Below, piece by piece: positions 8,044 through 17,829 of a stretch of DNA of 64,000 nucleotides. Source of the DNA: Vicinamibacteria bacterium (lineage in GTDB: Bacteria > Acidobacteriota > Vicinamibacteria > Marinacidobacterales > Marinacidobacteraceae). A program made the translations under genes and the position numbers. Each line of letters begins with the position of its first letter. Within the stretch, counting starts at the first letter, position 1. The stretch spans positions 2,112,001 through 2,176,000 of the forward strand of contig OZ241322.1 in NCBI GenBank assembly GCA_965199715.1, written 5' to 3'. The notes below the pieces were generated by a model that saw nothing but the letters and a program-made list of their open reading frames with translations, searched no databases and was not told the DNA's origin.

Positions 8044-10503
8044 ATGCTGACGCGCTCATTCCGAGTCCTGCCGGTCGCGCTCGCGGCGCTCGCCCTTGCC
8101 GGGATCGCGTCCGCCGAGGAGCCCTCGATTCGGGCGGCGCGGGAGTGGTCGCCGAACGAGGCGACCGCCGCCGAGCACAACCAGGTGCTCCGCCGCTACT
8201 GCATGACCTGTCACAACGACCGGATGCAGACGGGCAACCTCTCGCTGACCGGGTTCGACGCCGGCGCCGCCGAGAGCCATCCCGACGTGGCCGAGAAGGT
8301 GATCCGCAAGCTGCGGCTCGGGATGATGCCGCCGCCGGGGGCCCGCCGCCCCGAAGAAACCGTTCTCGCCGACATCGCCCTCAGCCTCGAGGCGCGGATG
8401 GACCAGGCCGCCGCCGACCAGCCGAACCCGGGCCGCCGTTCCTTCCAGCGCCTGAACCGGGCCGAGTACAGCGCCGCCGTGCGCGATCTCCTCGCGCTCC
8501 CGGTGGACGGCGCCGACTACCTGCCGCAGGACACGATCAGCGCCAACTTCGACAACATCGCCGACGTCCAGCTCCTGTCGGCGACGCTCATGGACTCGTA
8601 CCTGCGGGCCGCGAGCGACATCAGCCGGCTGGCCGTCGGCGACCCCCGGGCCAGCGCCGCCGAGACCGGCTACCACGTGTCCCGCTGGTCCTCTCAGCTC
8701 GAGCGGGTCGAGGGCGCGCCCCACGGCACCCGCGGCGGGATCTCGGTGGAGCACATCTTCCCGGCGGACGGCGAGTACCGGTTCCGGATCGCCTTCCACC
8801 ACGAGACCACCGGCGCCATCGTGGGTTCGGGATCCAGCTCGATCCACACCTACGGCGAACCGGAGCAGGTCGAGATCTCCATCGACGGCGAGCGCGTCGC
8901 GCTCCTCGACGTGGGCCGCTGGATGCATGTCTCCGACCCGGACGGCGTGAACCTGCGCACCGAGCCGGTCTTCGTCCGCGCCGGCGCCCGCCGCCTCGCC
9001 GCTGCCTTCCTGCGCCGGTTCGAGGGGCCGGTGCTGGACCTGATCTCGCCGCACAAGTGGTCGCTCGCGAGCACCGCGACCTCGCGCACCTACGGCATCC
9101 ACGGGATGCCCCACCTGCGCGACCTCTTCGTCACCGGCCCCTTCGACGCGACCGGCGTGGCCGAAACGCGCAGCCGGGCGCGCGTCTTCAGTTGCCGCCC
9201 GCTCGCGCCCGAGGAGGCGCGTCCCTGCGCCGAGTCGATCATCGACCGCCTCGGGCGCCTCGCCTACCGCCGCTCGCTCGACGCCGCGGATCGCTCCCGC
9301 CTGCTGGAACTCTATGAACGGGGCGCCGCGGAGTCCGGGTTCGAGGAAGGCGTCCGGATGGCCGTCGAGGGGATGCTCGCGAGCCCCAACTTCGTCTTCC
9401 GCCTCGAGGAGCCGCTCGATCCGAGGGAAGCGGAGTTCGGCTACCGCATCACCGAGACCGATCTGGCATCCCGGCTGTCCTTCTTCCTGTGGGGGACGAT
9501 CCCCGACGAGCAGCTTCTGGACGCCGCCGAATCCGGCGAGCTGGCCGAACCCGAGGTCTTCGACGCGCAGGTGCTGCGGATGCTCCGCGACCCGCGCTCC
9601 GATGCGCTCGCGCGGCGGTTCGCGGCGCAGTGGTTCCGGCTCCAGGACCTCAAGAAGATCAACCCGAACGTCCGCCTCTACCCCGACTTCCACCAGCAGC
9701 TCAAGGCCGCGATGGCGAAGGAGACCGAGCTCTTCTTCCACCACCTCGTCGCCGAGGATCTCAGCCTGCTCGACCTGTTCACCGCCGACTACACGTTCGT
9801 GAACGAGCGCCTCGCCGACCACTACGGCTTCTCGGGCGTGGTCGGCCCCGAGCACCGGATGGTGCGGTACCCGGACGACACGCGCCGCGGGGTCTTCGGG
9901 CACGGCAGCATGCTGACCCTGACCTCGCACCCGTACCGCACCTCGGCGGTGCTGCGGGGCAAGTGGATCATGGAGGTGCTGCTCGGCAGCCCGCCGCCGC
10001 CCCCGCCGCCCGACGTGCCCGACCTCGACGCGGTCGCCTCGGACGTGCCCGGACGCGAGTTGACGGCCCGGGAGCAGCTCGAGATCCACCGGGACAACCC
10101 GGCCTGCCGGTCGTGCCACCGGATGATGGACCCGATCGGCCTCGCGCTCGAGCACTTCGACGTGACCGGTCGGGCGCGGGTCAAGGACCAGGGCCAGCCG
10201 ATCGACGCTTCGGGCGAGTTCTACGACGGCACCCCGATCCGCGACGCGGCGGACCTGCGGGAAGCCCTGCTGAAGCGCCCGGAGCCGCTGCTTCGGACCT
10301 TCACCGAGAACCTGATGGCCTACGCCCTGGGCCGCCGGGTGGAGCACTTCGACCAGCCGCATGTCCGCGCCATCGTGCGCGCCGCGGCGGAATCCGACTA
10401 CCGGATGTCGGCCTTCGTGCTTGGAGTCACGAGGAGCGCGGCGTTCCAGATGAAGGGCAGCGCCCCGCCGGTCGCGACGGACGACGTCGCCGGCGAGCAC
10501 TGA
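8044..10503 (+). CDS. DUF1592/1595/1588/1587/1585 (PSD/PSCyt) exported c-type cytochrome-like protein, copy 1
   Basis: Signal peptide, two CxxCH motifs (CMTCH, CRSCH), RLNRAEY, LASRLSFFLW, RTSAVLRGKWI, PPPPPP and MAYALGR. The start could instead be ATG 8002. Confidence 0.88.
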   Translation: MLTRSFRVLPVALAALALAGIASAEEPSIRAAREWSPNEATAAEHNQVLRRYCMTCHNDRMQTGNLSLTGFDAGAAESHPDVAEKVIRKLRLGMMPPPGARRPEETVLADIALSLEARMDQAAADQPNPGRRSFQRLNRAEYSAAVRDLLALPVDGADYLPQDTISANFDNIADVQLLSATLMDSYLRAASDISRLAVGDPRASAAETGYHVSRWSSQLERVEGAPHGTRGGISVEHIFPADGEYRFRIAFHHETTGAIVGSGSSSIHTYGEPEQVEISIDGERVALLDVGRWMHVSDPDGVNLRTEPVFVRAGARRLAAAFLRRFEGPVLDLISPHKWSLASTATSRTYGIHGMPHLRDLFVTGPFDATGVAETRSRARVFSCRPLAPEEARPCAESIIDRLGRLAYRRSLDAADRSRLLELYERGAAESGFEEGVRMAVEGMLASPNFVFRLEEPLDPREAEFGYRITETDLASRLSFFLWGTIPDEQLLDAAESGELAEPEVFDAQVLRMLRDPRSDALARRFAAQWFRLQDLKKINPNVRLYPDFHQQLKAAMAKETELFFHHLVAEDLSLLDLFTADYTFVNERLADHYGFSGVVGPEHRMVRYPDDTRRGVFGHGSMLTLTSHPYRTSAVLRGKWIMEVLLGSPPPPPPPDVPDLDAVASDVPGRELTAREQLEIHRDNPACRSCHRMMDPIGLALEHFDVTGRARVKDQGQPIDASGEFYDGTPIRDAADLREALLKRPEPLLRTFTENLMAYALGRRVEHFDQPHVRAIVRAAAESDYRMSAFVLGVTRSAAFQMKGSAPPVATDDVAGEH

Positions 10504-10505
10504 TC

Positions 10506-11911
10506 CGGGAGAAAGAGATGAACTACCTGACGGGCAAGAGCATTCCTCGGCGGACGTTCCTGCGTGGGGCTGGGGCGACGGTGGCGGTTCCGTTCCTCGA
10601 CGCGATGGTTCCGGCGAGCGTCCTGGGGCGGACGACGGCGGACCGCGAGGCGGACCCGACGCGGCTGGTGGCGATCGAGATCGTGCACGGGGCGGCGGGG
10701 AGCAACAAGTACGGTCGTGAGCGGAACCTGTGGTCTCCGGCGGCGGAGGGGCGCGGGTTCGACCTGTCGGCGGGGGCGCTGGCGCCGCTGGAGCCGGTGC
10801 GGGACTACGTGACGATCGTGAGCGACGCGGACGTGGAGCCGGCGGAGGCGCGGACGGCGCGCGAGATCGGGGGGGACCACTTCCGTTCGAGCGCGGCGTT
10901 CCTGACGCAGTCGTACCCGAAGCAGACGGAGAGTTCGGACGTGTACGCGGGGACGTCGATGGACCAGTTGTACGCGCAGCGCTACGGGCAGAACACGCCG
11001 ATCCCGTCGATGCAGTTGTGCATCGAGACGGTGGACCAGGCGGGGGGCTGCGCGTACGGGTACGCCTGCGTGTACACGGACACGATCAGTTGGGCGTCGC
11101 CGACGGAGCCGCTGCCGATGACGCGGGATCCGCGGATCGTGTTCGACCAGTTGTTCGGTGCGGGGGGGACGCCGGAGGGCCGGATCGCGCGGCAGCGGGC
11201 GCGCCAGAGCGTGCTGGACTTCATCGGCTCGGAGGTGACGGACCTGCTGCTGCGGCTGGACCCGGAGGACGTGCGGCGGATGGACCGGTACATGACGGAC
11301 ATCCGGGAGATGGAGCGTCGGATCGAGCGGATCGTGGAGCGGAACACGAGCGGTGAGCTGCGGGAGCTTCCGGACGCGCCGGCGGGGGTTCCGGACTCGT
11401 TCGACGAGCACGTGAAGATCATGTTCGACCTTCAGGCGCTGGCGTTCCAGTCGGACATGACGCGGGTGTTCAGCTTCAAGCTGGGGCGGGACGCTTCGAG
11501 CCGGGTGTACCCGGAGAGCGGTGAGGCGACGGCGTTCCATCCGGCGTCGCATCACGGGAACGACGAGGAGCGGGTGGAGGTTCTGGGCCGGATCAACCGG
11601 TACCACGTGGGCCTGGTTCCGTACTTCATGGAGAAGCTGCGGAGCGTCGAGGAGGAGGGTCAGTCGCTGCTGGACAAGACGATGATCCTGTACGGGTCGC
11701 CGATGGGCGACCCGAACATCCACAACCACAAGCGGGTTCCGTTCTTCGTGGCGGGAGGCGCGAACGGGACGCTGGAGCACGACCTGCATCTGCGCGCTGC
11801 GCCGGGGACGCCGCTGGCGAACGTGATGCTGACGCTGCTGCGGAAGCTGGGCCTCGAGGACCTCGAGAGCTTCGGGAACAGCACCGGCGACTTCTCGCTC
11901 TCCGCATGACC
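10506..11911 (+). repeat. 1406-bp direct repeat, copy A (matches 16424-17829)
   Basis: Offset 5918. The listed alternative-frame ORF translations are identical in both copies and no mismatch was seen by eye. Confidence 0.9.
10518..11909 (+). CDS. DUF1552 family protein with Tat-like signal, copy 1
   Basis: RRTFLRG Tat motif, PFLDAM, GCAYGYACVY..TISW, DPRIVFDQLFG, HPASHH and HNH. GGGAG RBS. Confidence 0.88.
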   Translation: MNYLTGKSIPRRTFLRGAGATVAVPFLDAMVPASVLGRTTADREADPTRLVAIEIVHGAAGSNKYGRERNLWSPAAEGRGFDLSAGALAPLEPVRDYVTIVSDADVEPAEARTAREIGGDHFRSSAAFLTQSYPKQTESSDVYAGTSMDQLYAQRYGQNTPIPSMQLCIETVDQAGGCAYGYACVYTDTISWASPTEPLPMTRDPRIVFDQLFGAGGTPEGRIARQRARQSVLDFIGSEVTDLLLRLDPEDVRRMDRYMTDIREMERRIERIVERNTSGELRELPDAPAGVPDSFDEHVKIMFDLQALAFQSDMTRVFSFKLGRDASSRVYPESGEATAFHPASHHGNDEERVEVLGRINRYHVGLVPYFMEKLRSVEEEGQSLLDKTMILYGSPMGDPNIHNHKRVPFFVAGGANGTLEHDLHLRAAPGTPLANVMLTLLRKLGLEDLESFGNSTGDFSLSA

Positions 11912-13861
11912 GGGAGAACCATCATGAGAAAAGCGACCATCCTGCTTTCGGCCCTTCTGCTCGTCACCGTCGCGTGGGCCGCGAACGCCCGCCTCTCGCC
12001 GGTCCTCGACGCGGCGAAGACCGGCGACGTTTCCGCGCTCAAGGACGAGCTGCGCTCGGGCGGCGACGTGAACGCGGCGCAGGGCGACGGGTTCACCGCG
12101 CTGCACTGGGCGGCGAAGCTCGGGAACGAGGAGATCGCCCGGGTGCTGATCGCGGCGGGGGCGGACGTGCGGGCGACGACCCGGATCGGCAACCACATGC
12201 CGCTCCACGTCGCTTCGGCCGCGGGCCAGCCCCTCGTCGTCGAGGCGCTTCTCGTCGGCGGCGCGCCGGTCGGGGCCCTGACGGCCACCGGAACCCGGCC
12301 GATCCACTACGCGGCGGCCTCGGGCAGCGGCGCGACGGTCGCGTCCCTCGCGGCCGGCGGCGCCGACGTGGACGCGGTCGAGCCGCAGTGGGGCCAGACC
12401 CCGCTCATGTTCGCCGCCGGCGGCGGCCGGTCGGAGTCGGTGCAGGCGCTTCTGGACGCCGGGGCCGATCCCTCGATCACCGCGAAGGTGCTGGACGTGG
12501 CGTCCCGCGCCGAGGCCGACCTCGTGGCGCGCCGCGCCCGCCAGCGGCGGATCGCCGAGGCGCGGGGCGGCGGCGCCGCCAACGTGATCTTCGATCCGCG
12601 GGAGCGCGAGCGGCGGCGGCGCGAGGCGGCCGCGAAAGCCGCGGCCGAGAAGGCCGAGCGCGAGAAGGGGCGCACCGCCCCCGAGACGGCCGACGTCGAG
12701 GCGGACAAGGCCGAGGAGGCCGAAGAGGAGGAGCACGCCCGCGCCCACGGCCATCCCGAGGACGAGCTGAAGAAGCTCGAGGACGAGGAGAAGGCCAAGG
12801 AGGAAGAGGACGCGAAACAGCAGGCCGAGCGCGAGCAGCGCGCCCGCGAGCCGCAGTTCCTCGGCTACGCCGAGCTCGTCGGAACCCACGGCGGGCTGAC
12901 CCCGCTGCTGCTGGCGGCGCGCGACGGCTACCGGGAGACCGCACTGACGCTCATGGACGGCGGCGCCGACGTGAACCAGCGCGCCGAGGGGCACCTCACG
13001 ACGCCGCTCATGATGGCCTCGCTCAACGGTCATTACGACATCGGCATGGACATGCTCGAGCGCGGGGCCGACCCGAACCTGCGGAACATCTCCGGCGGCG
13101 CGCCGCTCTACGCGGCGATCAACGCCCGCTGGATCTCCCAGCCGTTCCACCCACAGCCGGCGGACCACCTCCGGCAGAGCACGTCGCACGTCGAGTTCAT
13201 GGAGGCGCTGCTCGACGCGGGCGCGGACGTGAACGCCCGGCTCCACCGCAAGCAGTGGTACAGCACCTACAACACCGACCAGTTGGGCGTGGACCGCGCC
13301 GGCGCCACCGCGTTCTGGCGCGCCGCCTACGCGCTCGACGTCCCGGCGATGAAGCTGCTCGTCGAGCGCGGGGCCGACCCGCACATCCCGACGATCAAGG
13401 TCGCCCAGCGGCGCTACCGCGGGTCGATCCTCGAGGACGAGTTCGGCGGGGAGGATCCCTCCGGGCTTCCGCCCGCGCCCTTCGGCGGACCGGCGGTCTA
13501 TCCGATCCACGCGGCCGCGGGAGTCGGCTACGGCCTCGGCCTCGCCGCCAACTCGCACCGCCACGCCCCGGACGCCTGGATGCCGGCGGTGCGGTACCTG
13601 GTCGAGGAGCTCGGAGCCGACGTGAGCTCGCGCGACCACGACGGGTACAGCGTGATCCACCACGCGGCCTCGCGCGGCGACAACGAGATGATCGAGTACC
13701 TCGTCGATAAGGGCGCCGACCCGCTGGTGATCGCCCGCACCGGGCAGACGACGATCGACCTCGCGAACGGACCCGTCCAGCGGATCAGCCCGTTCCCCGA
13801 CACGATCGAGCTCCTCGCGGGCTATGGCGTCAAGAACAACAACCGCTGCGTCGGCTGCTGA
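11906..13861 (+). CDS. Exported ankyrin-repeat protein ending in CVGC, copy 1
   Basis: Signal peptide, repeated GxTxLH/TPLM..A..G ankyrin motifs, a charged insertion, and a C-terminal NNRCVGC. ATGA-coupled to DUF1552; alternative ATG at 11924. Confidence 0.88.
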   Translation: MTGRTIMRKATILLSALLLVTVAWAANARLSPVLDAAKTGDVSALKDELRSGGDVNAAQGDGFTALHWAAKLGNEEIARVLIAAGADVRATTRIGNHMPLHVASAAGQPLVVEALLVGGAPVGALTATGTRPIHYAAASGSGATVASLAAGGADVDAVEPQWGQTPLMFAAGGGRSESVQALLDAGADPSITAKVLDVASRAEADLVARRARQRRIAEARGGGAANVIFDPRERERRRREAAAKAAAEKAEREKGRTAPETADVEADKAEEAEEEEHARAHGHPEDELKKLEDEEKAKEEEDAKQQAEREQRAREPQFLGYAELVGTHGGLTPLLLAARDGYRETALTLMDGGADVNQRAEGHLTTPLMMASLNGHYDIGMDMLERGADPNLRNISGGAPLYAAINARWISQPFHPQPADHLRQSTSHVEFMEALLDAGADVNARLHRKQWYSTYNTDQLGVDRAGATAFWRAAYALDVPAMKLLVERGADPHIPTIKVAQRRYRGSILEDEFGGEDPSGLPPAPFGGPAVYPIHAAAGVGYGLGLAANSHRHAPDAWMPAVRYLVEELGADVSSRDHDGYSVIHHAASRGDNEMIEYLVDKGADPLVIARTGQTTIDLANGPVQRISPFPDTIELLAGYGVKNNNRCVGC

Positions 13862-13868
13862 CACGACC

Positions 13869-16319
13869 ATGACCCGCATCCTGCTCGCCTCCCTGCTTCT
13901 CGCCGGTCCGGTCGCGGCCGAGACCGAGCCGACCGTCGCGCGGGCGCTCGCCTGGGAGCCGGCCGGGACGGCGGCGGAGACGGCCGCCGAGCACAACCAG
14001 GTCATGCGCCGCTACTGCATGACCTGCCACAACGACCGGATGCGGACGGGCAACCTGTCGCTCACCGGATTCGACGCCGGGGCCGCGGCGGCCCATCCGG
14101 ACGTCGCCGAGAAGGTCGTCTCCAAGCTCCATTTGGGCATGATGCCGCCGCCGGGCGCGCGGCGGCCCGACGAGGAGACGCTCGTCGAGATCGCCGGCGC
14201 GCTCGAGGACCAGTTGGACGAGTCGGCGACGCTCCAGCCGAACCCGGGCCGGCGCTCGTTCCAGCGGCTGAACCGGGCCGAGTACACCGCGGCGATCCGG
14301 GATCTGCTGGATCTCGACGTGGACGCCGCCGAGTACCTGCCGCAGGACACCATCAGCGCCAACTTCGACAACATCGCCGACGTCCAGCTCCTGTCGGCGA
14401 CGCTCATGGACTCGTACCTGCGGGCGGCCGGCGAGATCAGCCGGGTCGCGGTCGGGGATCCCGACACCGCGCCGGCGGAGACCAGCTACTTCGTCTCGCG
14501 CTGGGCCTCGCAGCGGATGCAGGTCGAGGGCGCTCCCTACGGCACCCGCGGTGGGATTGCGGTCGAGCACACCTTTCCGGCGGACGGCCACTACGTCTTC
14601 CGGGTCTCGCTCCACCACGAGGTCTGCGGCCCGATCGTGGGGACCGCCGCCGGCGCGCTGAACGACGCGAGCACCCCCGAGCAGCTCGAGGTGTCCATCG
14701 ACGGGCAGCGGGTCGCGCTCCTGCCGGTGGACCCGTGGATGCACACCTCGGATCCCGACGGCGCGACGATGCGCACCGAGCCTATCTTCGTCCGCGCCGG
14801 GCCCCGCATGGTGGCCGCCGCGTTCCTGCGCACCTTCGACGGCCCGACGCTGGACCTGGTCTCGCCGCATGAATGGTCGCTCGCAAGCACGAACATCGCG
14901 CTGACCTACGGCATCCACAGCCTCCCGCACCTGCGCGACGTGCTGATCCGGGGGCCGTTCGAGGCGACCGGCGTCTCCGACACGCCGAGCCGCCAGCGCA
15001 TCTTCTCCTGCCGCCCGCTCTCGCCCGAAGAGGCGCGTCCGTGCGCCGAGGAGATCGTGGACCGGCTCGGGCGCCTCGCCTACCGGCGCTCGCTCGAGGA
15101 CCAAAACCGGAACGCGCTGCTCGCGCTCTACGACGCCGGCTACGAGGCCGAGGGGTTCGAGGCGGGGATCCGGATGGCGCTGGAAGGGGTTCTCGCGAGC
15201 CCCAACTTCGTGTTCCGGATCGAGGAGCCGCTCGATCCGAGGGAAGCGGAGTTCGGCTACCGCATCACCGACACGGACCTCGCGTCCCGGCTGTCCTTCT
15301 TCCTGTGGGGGACGATCCCCGACGACGAGCTTCTGGACGCCGCCGAATCCGGCGAGCTCTCCGAACCCCAGACGCTGCGCGCCCAGGTCCTGCGCATGCT
15401 GCGGGACGACCGCGCCCGCGCGCTGTCGCGGCGATTCGCCCACCAGTGGTTCCGTCTCCAGGATCTCAAGAAGATCAACCCGAACGTCCGCATCTACCCC
15501 GACTTCCACCAACAGCTCAAGACGGCCATGGTGAAGGAGACGGAGATGTTCTTCGACCACCTCGTGGCCGAGGACCGGAGCGTCTTCGATCTCTACGCGG
15601 CGGACTACACGTTCCTGAACGAGCGGCTCGCGAAGCACTACGGGATTCCCGGGGTGGTCGGCCCCGAGCACCGGATGGTGCGGTACCCGGACGACACGCG
15701 CCGCGGGGTCTTCGGGCACGGCAGCATGCTGACCCTGACCTCGCACCCGTACCGCACCTCGGCGGTGCTGCGGGGCAAGTGGATCATGGAGGTGCTGCTC
15801 GGCAGCCCGCCGCCGCCCCCGCCGCCCGACGTGCCCGACCTCGACGCCGTGGAGTCCGGCGAGCCGGGCCGGCAGCTCACCGCCCGGGAGCAGCTCGAGA
15901 TCCACCGGGACAACCCGGCCTGCCGATCCTGCCACCGGATGATGGACCCGATCGGCCTCGCGCTCGAGCACTTCGACGTGACCGGACGGACCCGTGTCAA
16001 GGACCAGGGCCAGCCGGTGGACGCTTCGGGCGAGTTCTACGACGGCACCCCGATCCAGGACGTGAAGGACCTGCGGGAAGCCCTGCTGAAGCGCCCGATC
16101 CCGCTGCTTCGGACCTTCACCGAGAACCTGATGGCCTACGCCCTGGGCCGCCGGATCGAGTACTTCGACCAGCCGCGGATCCGCGAGATCGTGGCCGCCG
16201 CCGAGGCCGAGGACCACCGCTTCTCGGCCTTCGTTCTGGGCGTGGTCACGAGCCCCGCGTTCCAGGAGAAGGGCGAGGCCATGGAAGTCGCGACGGACGC
16301 GGTCGCGGGAGAGCAGTAA
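13869..16319 (+). CDS. DUF1592-family cytochrome c-like protein, copy 2
   Basis: Paralog of 8044-10503 with the same CMTCH and CRSCH motifs. Confidence 0.88.
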   Translation: MTRILLASLLLAGPVAAETEPTVARALAWEPAGTAAETAAEHNQVMRRYCMTCHNDRMRTGNLSLTGFDAGAAAAHPDVAEKVVSKLHLGMMPPPGARRPDEETLVEIAGALEDQLDESATLQPNPGRRSFQRLNRAEYTAAIRDLLDLDVDAAEYLPQDTISANFDNIADVQLLSATLMDSYLRAAGEISRVAVGDPDTAPAETSYFVSRWASQRMQVEGAPYGTRGGIAVEHTFPADGHYVFRVSLHHEVCGPIVGTAAGALNDASTPEQLEVSIDGQRVALLPVDPWMHTSDPDGATMRTEPIFVRAGPRMVAAAFLRTFDGPTLDLVSPHEWSLASTNIALTYGIHSLPHLRDVLIRGPFEATGVSDTPSRQRIFSCRPLSPEEARPCAEEIVDRLGRLAYRRSLEDQNRNALLALYDAGYEAEGFEAGIRMALEGVLASPNFVFRIEEPLDPREAEFGYRITDTDLASRLSFFLWGTIPDDELLDAAESGELSEPQTLRAQVLRMLRDDRARALSRRFAHQWFRLQDLKKINPNVRIYPDFHQQLKTAMVKETEMFFDHLVAEDRSVFDLYAADYTFLNERLAKHYGIPGVVGPEHRMVRYPDDTRRGVFGHGSMLTLTSHPYRTSAVLRGKWIMEVLLGSPPPPPPPDVPDLDAVESGEPGRQLTAREQLEIHRDNPACRSCHRMMDPIGLALEHFDVTGRTRVKDQGQPVDASGEFYDGTPIQDVKDLREALLKRPIPLLRTFTENLMAYALGRRIEYFDQPRIREIVAAAEAEDHRFSAFVLGVVTSPAFQEKGEAMEVATDAVAGEQ

Positions 16320-16334
16320 CCCGCAAGCGTTCAA

Positions 16335-16373
16335 CGACTTGTGCCCGCAGGCCTTCGCTGCGGGCGCGAGTTG
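16335..16373 (+). other. Intergenic stem-loop (16-bp stem, 7-nt loop)
   Basis: cgacttgtgcccgcag-gccttcg-ctgcgggcgcgagttg, with three G-U pairs on the plus strand and no U-tract. Confidence 0.6.
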
Positions 16374-16423
16374 CGGCGGACCGGCGGCCGCCATATCCTA
16401 GACGGCCGGATTCCACCTCCACA

Positions 16424-17829
16424 CGGGAGAAAGAGATGAACTACCTGACGGGCAAGAGCATTCCTCGGCGGACGTTCCTGCGTGGGGCTGGGGCGACGGT
16501 GGCGGTTCCGTTCCTCGACGCGATGGTTCCGGCGAGCGTCCTGGGGCGGACGACGGCGGACCGCGAGGCGGACCCGACGCGGCTGGTGGCGATCGAGATC
16601 GTGCACGGGGCGGCGGGGAGCAACAAGTACGGTCGTGAGCGGAACCTGTGGTCTCCGGCGGCGGAGGGGCGCGGGTTCGACCTGTCGGCGGGGGCGCTGG
16701 CGCCGCTGGAGCCGGTGCGGGACTACGTGACGATCGTGAGCGACGCGGACGTGGAGCCGGCGGAGGCGCGGACGGCGCGCGAGATCGGGGGGGACCACTT
16801 CCGTTCGAGCGCGGCGTTCCTGACGCAGTCGTACCCGAAGCAGACGGAGAGTTCGGACGTGTACGCGGGGACGTCGATGGACCAGTTGTACGCGCAGCGC
16901 TACGGGCAGAACACGCCGATCCCGTCGATGCAGTTGTGCATCGAGACGGTGGACCAGGCGGGGGGCTGCGCGTACGGGTACGCCTGCGTGTACACGGACA
17001 CGATCAGTTGGGCGTCGCCGACGGAGCCGCTGCCGATGACGCGGGATCCGCGGATCGTGTTCGACCAGTTGTTCGGTGCGGGGGGGACGCCGGAGGGCCG
17101 GATCGCGCGGCAGCGGGCGCGCCAGAGCGTGCTGGACTTCATCGGCTCGGAGGTGACGGACCTGCTGCTGCGGCTGGACCCGGAGGACGTGCGGCGGATG
17201 GACCGGTACATGACGGACATCCGGGAGATGGAGCGTCGGATCGAGCGGATCGTGGAGCGGAACACGAGCGGTGAGCTGCGGGAGCTTCCGGACGCGCCGG
17301 CGGGGGTTCCGGACTCGTTCGACGAGCACGTGAAGATCATGTTCGACCTTCAGGCGCTGGCGTTCCAGTCGGACATGACGCGGGTGTTCAGCTTCAAGCT
17401 GGGGCGGGACGCTTCGAGCCGGGTGTACCCGGAGAGCGGTGAGGCGACGGCGTTCCATCCGGCGTCGCATCACGGGAACGACGAGGAGCGGGTGGAGGTT
17501 CTGGGCCGGATCAACCGGTACCACGTGGGCCTGGTTCCGTACTTCATGGAGAAGCTGCGGAGCGTCGAGGAGGAGGGTCAGTCGCTGCTGGACAAGACGA
17601 TGATCCTGTACGGGTCGCCGATGGGCGACCCGAACATCCACAACCACAAGCGGGTTCCGTTCTTCGTGGCGGGAGGCGCGAACGGGACGCTGGAGCACGA
17701 CCTGCATCTGCGCGCTGCGCCGGGGACGCCGCTGGCGAACGTGATGCTGACGCTGCTGCGGAAGCTGGGCCTCGAGGACCTCGAGAGCTTCGGGAACAGC
17801 ACCGGCGACTTCTCGCTCTCCGCATGACC
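16424..17829 (+). repeat. 1406-bp direct repeat, copy B
   Basis: Matches 10506-11911, from cgggagaaagagatg to cgcatgacc. Confidence 0.9.
16436..17827 (+). CDS. DUF1552 family protein, copy 2 (identical to copy 1)
   Basis: Identical translation, 463 aa. Confidence 0.88.
   Translation: MNYLTGKSIPRRTFLRGAGATVAVPFLDAMVPASVLGRTTADREADPTRLVAIEIVHGAAGSNKYGRERNLWSPAAEGRGFDLSAGALAPLEPVRDYVTIVSDADVEPAEARTAREIGGDHFRSSAAFLTQSYPKQTESSDVYAGTSMDQLYAQRYGQNTPIPSMQLCIETVDQAGGCAYGYACVYTDTISWASPTEPLPMTRDPRIVFDQLFGAGGTPEGRIARQRARQSVLDFIGSEVTDLLLRLDPEDVRRMDRYMTDIREMERRIERIVERNTSGELRELPDAPAGVPDSFDEHVKIMFDLQALAFQSDMTRVFSFKLGRDASSRVYPESGEATAFHPASHHGNDEERVEVLGRINRYHVGLVPYFMEKLRSVEEEGQSLLDKTMILYGSPMGDPNIHNHKRVPFFVAGGANGTLEHDLHLRAAPGTPLANVMLTLLRKLGLEDLESFGNSTGDFSLSA

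Noticed and set aside
13847-13861. Ankyrin genes end C-V-G-C-TGA (also 19573-19587), reminiscent of the thioredoxin reductase GCUG selenocysteine tail, with tRNA-Sec in the window
   Set aside because: TGA is the dominant stop codon here. The sequences after TGA are unrelated between the two paralogs, no shared SECIS-like hairpin is visible, and read-through would run into the next genes.
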